A stretch of 63,541 nt of DNA, filler included. It is 8 parts of 8 records of this genome, joined end to end, with 100 filler letters (N's around TTAATTAATTAA, not from the genome) between each part and the next. Parts side by side here need not be neighbours in the genome. Positions count along the whole stretch, not along the records: positions 27,460 to 33,118 come from SRR31147125_15936; positions 33,219 to 40,673 come from SRR31147125_15944; 6 more parts are not named here. One strand, given 5' to 3'. The translations under genes and the position numbers were made by a program. Each line of letters starts with the position of its first letter. The first letter of the stretch is position 1. The notes below the pieces were generated by a model that searched no databases, was not told the origin of the DNA, and worked only from the letters and a program-made list of their open reading frames with translations. Shown one piece after another: positions 28,994 through 40,773 of this stretch.

Positions 28994-29575
28994 TCACGGA
29001 TATATCTTCACTTCATTTGTTTCAGTCCAAGGCAAGTCTGGTGGAGTCCCAAAATTTTCAACCAACTCAATCCTTACATATTTTGCTTTAACGGGCTTAT
29101 CCAATTTAAACTCAAACCAATCTTCACGTTTTTCCATTTTACAGTCTAATATCTTGGTCCACTTCACTGAATTGATATCCGCATCCTCTCCACCTAATCT
29201 ATGAGCCTTATCATCATCAGAAACATAAATATTGATATGACTGGCCAACTCTTCAATCCTACTTATCGTAGCGCCAACATTATGAAAAAATCTTATCTTA
29301 CCAATTGGCTGTATCTCCCCAAAAAAGCTTAAGATTACATTTGCAGGGCCCATTGTGTTAGCCCCATAAGAGCCCCCATCGCGTTCTATATCATCATCCA
29401 ACAGATTATTAACCCAATAGAGTGGCGTCTTTTCGGTATGACTCGCCCACTCAATTCTAGTATAGTAAGATCCATCTTTACGAACACCTGCCTTTTCGCA
29501 CTTACATGAAGACAAAAAGAATCCAACAACCAAAAAAACAACTAAAAGAGATAAGCTAACTATATTCTTTTTCAT
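28994..29575 (-). CDS. Lipoprotein with a discoidin/F5-8C-like domain
   Basis: Lipobox LSSC; IYVSDD...W and PVKAKYVRIE...EV-x-IY pattern. Confidence 0.7.
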   Translation of the reverse strand: MKKNIVSLSLLVVFLVVGFFLSSCKCEKAGVRKDGSYYTRIEWASHTEKTPLYWVNNLLDDDIERDGGSYGANTMGPANVILSFFGEIQPIGKIRFFHNVGATISRIEELASHINIYVSDDDKAHRLGGEDADINSVKWTKILDCKMEKREDWFEFKLDKPVKAKYVRIELVENFGTPPDLPWTETNEVKIYP

Positions 29576-29602
29576 TTTAACCTCCATCAAACACAATTGA
29601 TA

Positions 29603-30343
29603 TTAAACCTCACCGACCTCACAATGAATAGTAAATGGGTTTGTTCTTAATGCTAGTGAAAAAAGATAGGGGTATTCGTCTTTCAAATGCTTCATATAGA
29701 TAAGCCACTCAGAGAGAAGCGAAGCATATACACGTTCTATATCTCCAGCCAGGTGATCACAATCATCTTCAGGCAAATCCTGTAAAGTATCTCTATGATT
29801 AAATTCTTCACAAATATGAAAAATACCCCAAAGCAGATCAGAAAAAGCCTCATGTTCTAACAACGCTGGGTTTTGCAATACCTGCAGCATAAAACCCCTC
29901 TTTTCTGATAAATATTTCTTCAACGATTCAAGATGTAGAGAATCACATTCAATCTTAGCTTTAAATGTTTTTAAGGACTTTAGAGCTTTCTTAAAACTTC
30001 TATCTGTCCACATCGAATCGACCGCCAGCTCTTCACAAATACCGTCAGTATTTGGATTGAATTCAGACAACAGTGCAATCAAATCAACACCAACTTCACT
30101 AAAAAACGCTCCTATAACCATGTCTAACTTTCTCAGCCTCTGCTTCTTTTCCCTATTCTCTAAAACGCTGTGGATAATAAGCGTGACTAAAAGAACTTCC
30201 ACAAAGACAAAAGCTATATCTCCAACTAGATAGATATAGATATGATGCGCATCGTGAAAAATTAAGTAGTGAATATAGTAAAAAAGTACTGAAAAGAGCA
30301 AAAGCACCACACCCAATATAATCTGCCAACTATGTTTTTTCAT
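29603..30343 (-). CDS. Conserved hypothetical membrane protein
   Basis: Two N-terminal TM helices, IGAFFSEVG, NP-x-LLEHE-x-F and YPYLFSLA-x-R-x-NPF; operonic spacing. Confidence 0.75.
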   Translation of the reverse strand: MKKHSWQIILGVVLLLFSVLFYYIHYLIFHDAHHIYIYLVGDIAFVFVEVLLVTLIIHSVLENREKKQRLRKLDMVIGAFFSEVGVDLIALLSEFNPNTDGICEELAVDSMWTDRSFKKALKSLKTFKAKIECDSLHLESLKKYLSEKRGFMLQVLQNPALLEHEAFSDLLWGIFHICEEFNHRDTLQDLPEDDCDHLAGDIERVYASLLSEWLIYMKHLKDEYPYLFSLALRTNPFTIHCEVGEV

Positions 30344-30348
30344 ATCCC

Positions 30349-31218
30349 CTACCTCTTATAAGCCGTAATTTTGCTCTCCAACATCTCTGGGACAACTATC
30401 AACTCACGATTTGGTATAAATCCAATATCTGCAAAACCCTTTTTACCCGAACAAAGCAGTTTTGATTTACCATTTTTATCTACACTATAAACCTTTCCAG
30501 CAACCCAATCAGAAACAATAAAATTACCTTCTCTGTCCATCTCTATGCCGTCTAGATTACCCAACGGCTTTTTCGTAATATTATGAATCTTCTTTGTCTT
30601 AAGATCTATATAATAGATCCCGCCTGGGCTCGTAGTCGACCAATCTTTTGCAAGACCTGCCCCCCAAGAAGCAACGTAGAGCTTTCCATCTTTGTAAAGC
30701 AGTCCATTTGGTGCTTTTAAATGTTTTCCAGATACAAAAGTTGAAACTTTACCGTTTTTAATTGAGTAGATAGATCCTCCAATGGTATCTGAGACATAGA
30801 CTGTTCCGTCAGGAGTGATAGCAATATCGTTTAAGAATTTTGCCCCATCAATATTTATACGCTTAACAATTTTCCCGCTCTTCATATTAATTGATACAAG
30901 CTGATCAATATCGCTTACCCATAAAGTCCCATTTTGAGATCTCATTCCCTTAGGAGCATTAAAACCGCCTACCCATTTTGAAGAAACGATCTTACCTTTT
31001 GAATTTAATTTCGAAATCCACCCCTTACCATCTTTCTTGTCTCCAGCCCCAGAAACATTAGAAACATACAGAATATCTGAACCTTGATCATAATAGACAG
31101 ATTCTGGATTTAAACACGACGGATCAGAGACACTCCAAATCGAACTCCCGGCCCCAAAAGAAACTTGTGAGAAAGCAAAAAAAACAACGAACAAAGACAA
31201 GACAACTAACTTCTTCAT
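30349..31218 (-). CDS. Secreted SMP-30/gluconolactonase-like beta-propeller
   Basis: Signal peptide; PESV, LYVSN, APKGM, FLNDI, PNGL and LDGI. Confidence 0.82.
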   Translation of the reverse strand: MKKLVVLSLFVVFFAFSQVSFGAGSSIWSVSDPSCLNPESVYYDQGSDILYVSNVSGAGDKKDGKGWISKLNSKGKIVSSKWVGGFNAPKGMRSQNGTLWVSDIDQLVSINMKSGKIVKRINIDGAKFLNDIAITPDGTVYVSDTIGGSIYSIKNGKVSTFVSGKHLKAPNGLLYKDGKLYVASWGAGLAKDWSTTSPGGIYYIDLKTKKIHNITKKPLGNLDGIEMDREGNFIVSDWVAGKVYSVDKNGKSKLLCSGKKGFADIGFIPNRELIVVPEMLESKITAYKR

Positions 31219-31408
31219 ATGACTCCTCCTTTTGAATCTAAGCCCTATCGTCTTTTATCCAGTTCGACAAGTAATAGAATAATTATTGAATAAAAAAAGC
31301 ATCTAAAGAACCGCTGAGCCTCCATTAATAATTTTCAGCACAGAGGCCACACCGCTTGACATTCAAAGCTGCTTCTTATAAGGACTGCTCCTGTAAAAGG
31401 AGGCCTTT

Positions 31409-32065
31409 ATGCAGGCTTTGACTATTGGTATTGCTGGTGGTTCCGGTTCTGGGAAGACAACAATTGCCCAGAAAATCATTGAAAATGTTGGAATTGATAG
31501 AATCAGCTTTCTTGAAATGGACTGTTATTATAATGACCTGGCTCATCTACCACTTGAAGAGAGAGCTCAGAACAACTTTGATCATCCCGCTTCGATAGAT
31601 ATAGATCTCTTTATTGATCATATTAAAAAGCTAAAATCTGGTGTCGATATCGAAAAACCTCAATACGATTTTGTAACGCATACCAGAAAAGAAGAAACTA
31701 CTAAGGTGAAGGCTCATCCTGTAATAATCCTTGAAGGTATTCTTCTCTTTGAAAATGATGAAGTGAACAAACTTATCGATATTAAGAGTTTTGTTGAAAC
31801 CCCATCAGATATTAGATTTATCAGGCGTCTCATGCGCGACATTAAAGATCGTGGTCGTACTCCCGAATCGGTAGTCGAACAATATTATAAGACAGTCCGC
31901 CCTATGTATAAAACCTTCGTTGCCCCAACAAAAGAGGCCGCTGATATGATTATCCCTTGGCAGGGTTACAATGAAGTAGCAGTAGACATGGTCATTAGCC
32001 GAATTGAATACTGTTTGGGCAAAAAGAAGGCTGAAGAGGAGTTTGTAGTAACAGGTGAATCGTAA
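31409..32065 (+). CDS. udk: Uridine kinase
   Basis: IGIAGGSGSGKTT, NFDHP, EGIL, RR-x-x-RD-x3-RGR and VRPM; AGGAGG RBS. Confidence 0.95.
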   Translation: MQALTIGIAGGSGSGKTTIAQKIIENVGIDRISFLEMDCYYNDLAHLPLEERAQNNFDHPASIDIDLFIDHIKKLKSGVDIEKPQYDFVTHTRKEETTKVKAHPVIILEGILLFENDEVNKLIDIKSFVETPSDIRFIRRLMRDIKDRGRTPESVVEQYYKTVRPMYKTFVAPTKEAADMIIPWQGYNEVAVDMVISRIEYCLGKKKAEEEFVVTGES

Positions 32066-32197
32066 ATTGTGAATGGTGAATATATAAAATTATTTATTGA
32101 ATACTATTAACAACTCACGACTCACTACTTTCCATCCACATTTCATTCATTCGAAGACTATTGACGTATCATCAAATCACAGGATAACATAAACAAT

Positions 32198-33085
32198 ATG
32201 AACGTATTATATTTCACACTCTTGTCCATCTTTTGGGGTGGCTCATTTTTGGCAATTAATTTTGCATTGAAGAGTTTTTCTCCATTTCTGGGTGCAAGCT
32301 TAAGAATTCTTACTGCTATGGCTTTCACTTTGATCTATCTAAAAATCAAGGGATACAAAAAACCTGAGAAAAGCATAGCATGGCAGGCAATAGGAACTGG
32401 AGTTTTCGGCCTTGGAATTCCTTGGGGACTTCTATTTTGGGCTGAGCAATTTGTTAGCCCTGGACTCTGCTCAATCATGAATGCCACATCACCAATATTT
32501 ACAGCACTATTTGCAGCAATAATTATCGGAACACCAAGTGAAAAAATGACATGGAATAAATGGCTTGGTTTACTTCTAGGATTTCTAGGGATCTCGGTTA
32601 TATTTGCACCACAGATTCTAGCCAAAGCCGTCTATAGCATAGAAGGTCTTGCTGCTCTCTTAATAATGTCAATCTCATATGGCATATCAACGGCATGGCT
32701 TAAAAAAATATCAGATCAAATTCACATTGGATATGCGATGTTGATGGAGTTTATAGGCGGGCTTGCAATACTAATCCCAGTTACCATAATTTATGGGAAC
32801 TTTATTACTTCATATAATCCAGATGATCTTTGGTTGTCGATTTTTGGAATCCTATATCTAGGGATATTTAGCACAGCTCTAGCATTCGTCCTCTATTTCA
32901 CATTAATTCGAAAGGTGGGGGCAGTTCAAGCTGCAGCTGTTACATATCTAATACCTATCATCTCCATTATGCTTGATTGGCTAGTTCTCGATAAATGGAT
33001 TGGTGAGCAAGCTCTTTTTGGTGGACTGATAGTTTTTGCAGCACTTAGATTAATCCACAGGCCTTCGATACAAGTCTGTAGATAA
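32198..33085 (+). CDS. DMT/EamA family transporter
   Basis: FWGGSFLA, about 10 TM helices, STALAF and VTYLIP. Confidence 0.9.
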   Translation: MNVLYFTLLSIFWGGSFLAINFALKSFSPFLGASLRILTAMAFTLIYLKIKGYKKPEKSIAWQAIGTGVFGLGIPWGLLFWAEQFVSPGLCSIMNATSPIFTALFAAIIIGTPSEKMTWNKWLGLLLGFLGISVIFAPQILAKAVYSIEGLAALLIMSISYGISTAWLKKISDQIHIGYAMLMEFIGGLAILIPVTIIYGNFITSYNPDDLWLSIFGILYLGIFSTALAFVLYFTLIRKVGAVQAAAVTYLIPIISIMLDWLVLDKWIGEQALFGGLIVFAALRLIHRPSIQVCR

Positions 33086-33090
33086 TATCC

Positions 33091-33118
33091 TGGATTCCTG
33101 CCTTCGCAGGAATGACAA
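33091..33118. repeat. REP-like palindrome at the contig end
   Basis: GG-ATTCCTGC-CTTC-GCAGGAAT-GAC. Confidence 0.6.
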
Positions 33119-33218
33119 NNNNNNNNNNNNNNNNNNNNNNNNNNNNNNNNNNNNNNNNNNNNTTAATTAATTAANNNNNNNNNNNNNNNNNNNNNNNNNN
33201 NNNNNNNNNNNNNNNNNN
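33119..33218. other. Artificial contig-joining spacer
   Basis: N-run with TTAATTAATTAA. Confidence 0.97.
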
Positions 33219-33544
33219 TGGTTTTCAGGCATTGGCGAGTGCAACTCGCAGGCCCCTGTATTATGCGGATATCGCCCTGTAATTATGCTTGTTCGGCTGG
33301 GGCTACAAGAACTGGTTGTTAGTACAGCATTCGTAAACTTAATGCCGTTTTTTGCCAGTTTATCAATGTTTGGTGTTTTTATAACCGGATGCCCGTAACA
33401 ACTGAAATCGTCGCGCGAAATATCATCGGCAATCATAATTACCACATTTGGGACTTTATCAATTTCCTGACTATGTACATTATTCGAATAACATAAACTC
33501 AGCAATAGTATTCCGAAAAGAAATTTTGAAAAGGGATGGTTCAT
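33219..33544 (-). CDS. Cys-type sulfatase (3'-truncated)
   Basis: Signal peptide, PNVVIMIADD, TPNIDKLA and CSPSR-x-S-x-x-TGRYP. Confidence 0.92.
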
Positions 33545-33631
33545 AATAAAACAACTATTTTTCTGGCATTTTTTTAACAAAAATATTTTCATACAAAAAT
33601 GCAACCGGAAAATTTTAGTGAGATGTTATTG

Positions 33632-33658
33632 TGTAACGATTCGTTGTCTTTTTGTAAC
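33632..33658 (-). promoter_or_regulatory. Putative HTCS/AraC binding site upstream of the sulfatase
   Basis: Direct repeat TGTAAC at 33632 and 33653 (21-bp period); Bacteroidota -7 box TATTTTTG on the minus strand at 33578-33585. Confidence 0.5.
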
Positions 33659-33678
33659 ATTCAATAAAATCTATTGAT

Positions 33679-36600
33679 TTACCTCTCCTCTGAACGATGC
33701 TTCTCAGAATATTCAGTTGGCGGCATTCCATATTGTTTTTTAAAGGCTTTCGAAAAATAAGAACTACTTTCAATTCCCACTTCGTACATCACCTCAAGTG
33801 CTGTTAAATGCCCCGATTCCAGAAGTTGTGCTGCACGTTTCAAACGTATCGAACGAATAAACTCCGTGGTACTTTGTCCGGTTAAACTTTTTAGCTTGCG
33901 GTGTAATTGCATCCGGCTGATTCCCAATTTCTCGCACATAAAAACCAAATTAAAATTGCCATCGCTCATGTTTTCCTCAACAATATTAACAGCTTTTTGA
34001 AGAAACATTTCTTCAGGCGATTCAACTTTGATTGCCGACGGATTAAGAATAAAATCGCGACGAAGCCTATCACGGTTTTTCTTCAAATCTTTAAGAATAT
34101 TCTCAACCTTAATTTTCAGTTCATTGGGGTCGAACGGTTTTATAAGGTAATCGGTTGCCCCAATATTTAATCCCTCCAATTTTTCTTGTTCCGAAGTTTT
34201 TGCTGTAAGAAATATTATTGGAATATGTGACGTATTTTCATCCTCTTTCAAATTCTTACACATGCCAATCCCGTCTTGTTTGGGCATTAAAATATCTGAA
34301 AGAATCATATCGGGCAGGAATTCTTTGGCATTTTCCTCTCCTTTAAGCCCATTTTCTGCGGTAATAGTTCTGAAACTGGCATTCAACAAACGTTGCAAAT
34401 AATTCCGAATCTCAATATCATCTTCAACAATTAAAATCAGGGGCACTTCTTCCTTCTGAATACTTCTTTCTTCGATAGATTCTTCTTTGGGTTGCGCCCC
34501 AATCCAAACCGGAGCTTTTTCTATTCCTTCTTTGGCAACCTGTTTCTGAATTTGATCAAAGAATGATTCTTTTCCTGTTTTTAAATTTATAGTAAATACA
34601 CTTCCCTGGCCGCGAGTACTTTCAACCTCAATTGTTCCTTTATGAATTTCAACCAACTTTTTCACCAAAGCCAGACCAATTCCTGTACCGGTTTGTTCCT
34701 CTTATGGAAAAAACGCTCAAATATCTTTTGCTGATTTTCCGGTGCAATTCCTTTCCCCGAATCGCGCACAACTATTTCAATTTCGGTTGCTGAAATATCT
34801 TTAAATTCTACACTTACCTTTCCATTATCCGGAGTATATTTAAAGGCATTGGAAAGTAGGTTATGCACCATTTTTTCCAGCTTGTCTTCATCAAACCACG
34901 TTACAAATTCTTCTTTAGAGCTATGAAATTCAAATTCAATTTTCTTCGAATGTGCTATCTCCGAATAGGCTTCAATAATACTTTTTAAAACATCAACAAT
35001 ATCGCCTTTCGTAACCTTTAGTTTTAGTTTGTCCGATTCCGCTTTTCTGAAATCGAGTAACTGGTTTAAAAGCCGCAACATTCGGTTAATATTCAGATTC
35101 AATGGGGTAAGTATCTGGTTGATTTTATCGTTATTCTTAAATTCGTCCATTAACTCACGCACAGGTCCGTGAATCAGGGTTAAAGGAGTTCGAAATTCGT
35201 GGGAGATATCCGTAAAATAGCGAAATTTCATCTCACTCAACTCTGCCTCTTTTTCGCGCTTTGATTTTTCGAGCAGTATTTCGTTTCTCAACTTTATACG
35301 AACTCCCCATATTTTCATTATTACATACGTAATACCAAGCAACAAAATAAAGTAGGCAGCATAAGCCCAAATTGTTTTCCATGGTGGCGGAAGAATACGA
35401 ATTTGCAAGGTTTGCTCATCATTCATCCAAACGCCATCGTTGTTACATGCCTGAAGTTTTAGGGTGTATTTACCGGGACTTAGGTTTGCAAACGAAGCAA
35501 AAGGTTTATTCTGCCCGGTTGTAATCCATTCATTATGATATCCGTCGAGTAAATACCGATACCTGTTTTTTTCAGGAATTGCGTAATGAAGTGCTGCAAA
35601 ACCAATGGTAAAATCATTTTCTTTGTAGGTAATATCCAACTGTTCTAATTCAGCTATACTTTTTTCCAGAATAATCCGCCCATTCATTTCTTCACCGGGT
35701 TCAACAGGTTTATTAAAAACTGATAGCGACGTAAATCTGGCCTGAGGTGCCTCAATATTTATTTCCAACTCATCGGGATAAAAGGAGATTAACCCTTTTA
35801 CAGTACCAAACACCAGCGAACCATCTTCGCGGAGAAAAGCTGCCGGAGTAAAAACATTGCTCAATAAACCGTCGCGAGTTGTAAAAGCACGGAACCGTTC
35901 GGTTTCTTTATTAAATGAAACCAGGCCTTTGTTTGTTCCCATCCAAATTTGTCCTTTATTGCTGGTTTTTATAGAATGAATTGGTCCGGAAGGCAGTCCC
36001 TTTTCTTCTCCAAATTCTGCAGTTAAATCATAACGGTTTTCGTGTGCCGAGTATATAACTTTATTCAAACCATTATCGGTGGCAAGCCAAAGCTTATTAT
36101 CCTCAAACAAAATACTGTTCACACTTCCCGACGGGATAGTACTTCCGTCTTCGGTATGAAATGACAGAGCCTCAAAACTTATATTTTCCAGATTCTCAGA
36201 ATAATTCATCAGAGTAACTCCGCATCCGCGTTGCAATACCCACAGTTGATTCTTTTCGGGATGTGATTGAATTTTTTGAATATCGCAAGGAGAAAGACGT
36301 GTATCATCTTCACGTTTCAAAACATTTACGCCCAGTATTTCACCCTCCTCTGTCCGCGAAATGTAAATCAAATCGCGGTCGCCGGCCAGCCAAATATTTC
36401 CGTTGTAGTCTTCCGAAATTGAATTAAACCGCATCTCTGTTAAATTGTCGTAATTCCACTCGGAAAAATCAAGTTTTTGTTCTTCAACAAATTTTGGGAA
36501 ACCCGGTCTTTCAGGATTCTGCATATATAATCCCTGCGCGGTAATGATCCACACCATCCCTTTACTGTCTTCATATAAGCCAATAACCCGCATCCAATTC

Positions 36601-37814
36601 CACTCCAAAACAAACTTACCGGTTTCGAATTCTGTAACCACAATATGATTCTCATCAAAAGCCGTCCACAAATAACCGTTCCGATCAGAAATAGCATCGG
36701 TAACATGCCGGGTTTCTACGCTTGGAGCAACGGCATTCAGGAAATCGTGTTTATTAAAATCCTTCACCGAAAGTTCGGCATAGTAAATTCCTGCTTTATA
36801 CGACTTACACCATAGCACATTTGAATTGTCCACGATTTCTACCTGTGCACTTGGAATCATCTGAGTTTTATAATGCAAAATACGTAGTTTGCTGGAATGT
36901 AAATTTTCCACTTTGTTCAAGGCATTATCTGTCGTTGAAAACCAGAATCCTCCTCCGGGATTTAGAGTAAGTGCCGTAACATCCATAGCAGAAGTATTTT
37001 GAACGGAGAACCACTTTTCAAATTCCGTTCTGCTTTTTTGCTTATCAGAAAGAACTTGTATTCCCTGAGAAGTTCCGAAAAGTATTGCATTTGAAGAATC
37101 TCTTACTACTGCATTACACCTGGCTCCATTTATATCAATTTCATGAACAAGATATTCGTTTGTATTTTTGTTGGAATAATCTAATCGGTACACCCGTCTT
37201 TTCCAGTCGATTAACCATAGCTCGTTATTACCTTCCTCTATTTTTATAATTCGGTCGATTGAAAAGCCATTCTTATTTGAAAACAATTTAAGTTTTTGAA
37301 TTCCGGATTGATTGCCTTCTAATAATTCTCGTACTGAACCAAACGGTATTCGGTACAATTCGCCCCCGCGTGTACCACAAATCATATCGCCGTTCGATAA
37401 CCTGATGATTGATTGTATTACGTTGTTGAATGCATTGTTTTCATCAAAAATGACATTTATAAACTTCTCCGTTTGAATATTAAAAATCTCAATCCCTCCA
37501 TAACCTGTTCCGGCCCATATATTACCCAAAGAACCTTCACACAAAGAAATAATCCGGTCGGTTTTAAGTCCATGACCACTTCTGAAGTCTTTGTAATAAT
37601 TAACCATCGAATTTCCATCGTAACGGTTTAAGCCATTCAATGTAGAAATCCAGATAAAGCCTCGTGAATCTTGTATTATATCGGTAACATGATAGAATGA
37701 AAGGTTTTGGTCAACGTTTATTTGCTGAACACGTAAATCGTTGTGTTCTGCCTGAACAACGAATCTTGCTATCAGGCAAACCAAAATGAATAATATCTGT
37801 TTAAAAACCTTCAT
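33679..37814 (-). CDS. Hybrid two-component system (propeller, Y_Y_Y, HisKA/HATPase, REC, AraC); frameshifted at ~34700
   Basis: SHEFRTPLT, NLLSNAFKYT and DSGKGI. The G2 box GTGIGLA lies in the second frame just upstream of 34668. REC motifs VEDD...SDILMP...KP; AraC HTH. Confidence 0.92.
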
Positions 37815-37882
37815 TTATTTACATCTTTCGATTTTGTAAAAATACAATATCATCAACTTCCTTCAATGTTCCAAACAGAATT

Positions 37883-39734
37883 TTAATCAAGATTAAAATC
37901 TCTGCTAAATTCACCAGCAGAAACTTTTTGCTCATTTTTAAATAACAGGAAATTTTCCAGAACAAGTACATCCATTTCTGTTCGCATAAAACTTTTAAAC
38001 GCATCGTCGGGTGAACAAACTATCGGCTCACCACGTTCGTTAAAGCTGGTATTAATCAAAACTCCAATTCCGGTTGACTTTTTATACTCCTTTAAAAGAT
38101 TGTGCAATTTCGGATTTCGTTCTTCTGAAACAGTTTGTACACGAGCCGAGCCATCAACATGCGTAACTGCCGGCAAAACACCTTTAGGATATTTCAGTTT
38201 TTCGTCCATGCTGAAGTTAGAAAAATCTGGAGGCAAATCTCCAATAACTTCTTCTTTTACCGGAACAACGTGTAACATGTACGGTGTTTCATCACTCTGC
38301 TTAAAATACACAGAAACATCTTCTTTTAAAACAATGGGAGCAAATGGCCTGAACTCTTCTCGTTTTTTTATTTTCAGGTTCAACTTTTTGCATATCTGCA
38401 TTCCCGGGATCAGCAAGAATACTTCTGTATCCTAATGCACGCGGTCCAAATTCCATACGTCCCTTAAACCATCCAACAACGTTATTTTGATTGATTAATT
38501 CTGCAATTCTAGTATTTAACTGAGAATGTTTTTCGTTCCAGTTTTCGTAAACAGCACCATATTTTAAAAGTACCGATTCAATTTGGCTATCGGTATAAGA
38601 CGGCCCCAACGAGGCGTTTTTCATTGCATCGGGCTGAACTGTTTTGCGCTTATTTCCATCAACAATATGATGAACCGCCAAAGCAGCACCAACCGAACCT
38701 CCGGCATCTCCGGCAGCGGGTTGAATCCATTGGTTATCGAAAATATTCTGAGCCCTTAATTTGCCATTTGCCACACTGTTTAAGGCAACTCCTCCGGCTA
38801 AAACAAGGTTTGTTGCCCCGCTTAGTTCACGTGTAGTTTTTGCCAGCTTCAGAATAATATCTTCAACAACGTGCTGAATTGCCAAAGCCAAATCGGCGTA
38901 CTCCTGTTTTGGTTGTGCTCCCAGTGGTAACGCGGCTATTCCAAATAAGGCACGCCATTTTTTTGCATTGTACATTTTCAGGCCGGTGGCAAATTCAAAG
39001 TAATTCATGTTCAATAAAAACGAACCATCTTCGCGAATATCAATCAGCTCTTCTGTAATACTTTGTTTAAAATTCCGATAGTTTTCTGATTGAACATTTC
39101 CGTAGGGTGCCAGGCCCATTAATTTATATTCGCCACTGTTAACTTTAAAACTGCAATAAGCTGTAAATGCCGAATACAACAATCCCAACGAGTGAGGAAA
39201 ATGTAACTCCTTTAATATTTTAATTGAATTTCCGTTGCCAATTGCAATGGCGGTTGTTGTCCATTCGCCAACTCCATCAACGGTAAAAATTGCTGCTTTT
39301 TTAAACGGAGATGGGAAAAATGCACTGGCTGCGTGCGACAAATGATGCTCGGGGAAATACAACTGATATTGTAGAAATCCCATTTTCTTCAATTCTTTCC
39401 GCAGCAAACGTTTAAAAAATAACTTGTCGCCTATCCAAACCGGTAAAGCCGACAAGAAACTTTTAAGCCCCTTGGGAGCAAAGGCATGATAGGTTTCCAA
39501 CAACCGTTCGAACTTAATAAAAGGTTTATCGTAAAAGGCAATTTTTGTTATTTGTGCCGGTTTAATATCGGCTTCCGACAAAACATAGCGAATGGAATTT
39601 TCGGGAAATGTTGCATGGTTTTTCAAACGAGTAAACCGCTCTTCCTGGGCTGCTGCAATTATTTCGCCACCAATAATTAATGCAGCGGCACTATCGTGAT
39701 AATAGGCTGATATTCCAAGAATTACTTCTTTCAC
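37883..39734 (-). CDS. Carbamoyltransferase (NodU/CmcH/SxtI family); frameshifted at ~38387
   Basis: HDSAAA, QEERF, HHLSHAASAF, DGVGE, EYKLMGLAPYG, AGGVALN and EFGPRALG-x-RS. The second frame has RE-x-FRPFAP, HVDGSARVQTV and NTSFN. Confidence 0.92.
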
Positions 39735-39737
39735 GAT

Positions 39738-39887
39738 TTAAAATATTGAGTAAATAAAAGGAGCCAGTGCCGAACCCGATGAAACAACAATCAGGAAACC
39801 AATCATTAACAAAAGGAAAATTGACGGGATGAGCCAAAACTTTTTCCTTGTCTTTAAAAATCCGAATAAGTCCTTTACAAAATCCAT
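39738..39887 (-). CDS. DUF5989 / SxtK-like small membrane protein (49 aa, absent from the ORF track)
   Basis: Hand translation MDFVKDLFGFLKTRKKFWLIPSIFLLLMIGFLIVVSSGSALAPFIYSIF, with RKKFWL-x-P and APFIY signatures. Confidence 0.88.
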   Translation of the reverse strand: MDFVKDLFGFLKTRKKFWLIPSIFLLLMIGFLIVVSSGSALAPFIYSIF

Positions 39888-39898
39888 GTTCGTTAATT

Positions 39899-40288
39899 TT
39901 AGTACGGATGCAAAATTTTGTCCGCGTTTATTTCTTCGTTTCTGGTTATGAATACCGATTTACCCGACCGTTTAAATTCGGCCAATTTCAGAAGGTCTTT
40001 TCCAAGTACGCGACGTAAAAATGCCACCGGTGTTATTACGCAAAAAAATACGAGTGAAAGAAAAATCAGGGGTACAAATTTGCTGAGCAGTTTTCCTGAA
40101 AACATCAGAATCCAGGTAATTGGAAAAAATGATTTAGGAATTAGCAAGACCAAAACAACAATCGTAACTCCTGCTATCAATTGTACATTCTGAAATCCTG
40201 AATACATCCAAATTAAGTCAGCAAGTAATAATATAAAAGCTGTTTCAAACAGGTTTCTTTTTAATATTTTCACGCTTTTCTTGCTCAT
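39899..40288 (-). CDS. SxtJ family membrane protein
   Basis: TM helices, P-x3-W, FF-x-x-ITP-x3-L-x-R-x-x-GKD-x-L and a terminal PY. Confidence 0.8.
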   Translation of the reverse strand: MSKKSVKILKRNLFETAFILLLADLIWMYSGFQNVQLIAGVTIVVLVLLIPKSFFPITWILMFSGKLLSKFVPLIFLSLVFFCVITPVAFLRRVLGKDLLKLAEFKRSGKSVFITRNEEINADKILHPY

Positions 40289-40673
40289 TATATTTTATCT
40301 TTAGTACGTTCTATAATTTGTTTTGCAAATTCGTTTTTCGGGTCGAGTTCCAATAATTTCGTTGCATTTTCGTTGGCAAATGAATAAACGCCAAAATCGA
40401 AATACAGTTTTGCCAAACGTTGGTATAGATTTCGCTTGTCCTCCATTTCCCATTTGTGTTGCTCAAAAAACTGAAGTTCTTTCACATCCGAAGTCATCCG
40501 TTTTGTCATTTTGTTTTTTAGTACTGCAACCTGTTCCGATTCCAGCACAAACAAAACAAAATCGAAGCTTTGTGCGCTAACGCCCGATTTTACAACCTCT
40601 GCCAAAATTTTAATATCCGGTTTCAACTTAAATGTATTAAAATAATAAACCTCAGCTTTTTTATATTCTTCCA
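40288..40673 (-). CDS. TPR-containing protein (5'-truncated)
   Basis: LAKLY...A...LELDPKNE TPR-like end; frame open to the contig edge. Confidence 0.55.
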
Positions 40674-40773
40674 NNNNNNNNNNNNNNNNNNNNNNNNNNN
40701 NNNNNNNNNNNNNNNNNTTAATTAATTAANNNNNNNNNNNNNNNNNNNNNNNNNNNNNNNNNNNNNNNNNNNN
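40674..40773. other. Artificial contig-joining spacer
   Basis: N-run with TTAATTAATTAA. Confidence 0.97.

Noticed and set aside
32056-32130. Degenerate heptamer repeats (TGAATCG/TGAATGG and CAACTCA/CGACTCA) after udk
   Set aside because: Too few and too degenerate; at most a weak hairpin.
37883-40288. Saxitoxin biosynthesis
   Set aside because: Only the widespread sxtI/J/K-like triad is present. There are no sxtA/sxtG-like core genes, and the context is Bacteroidota-like.
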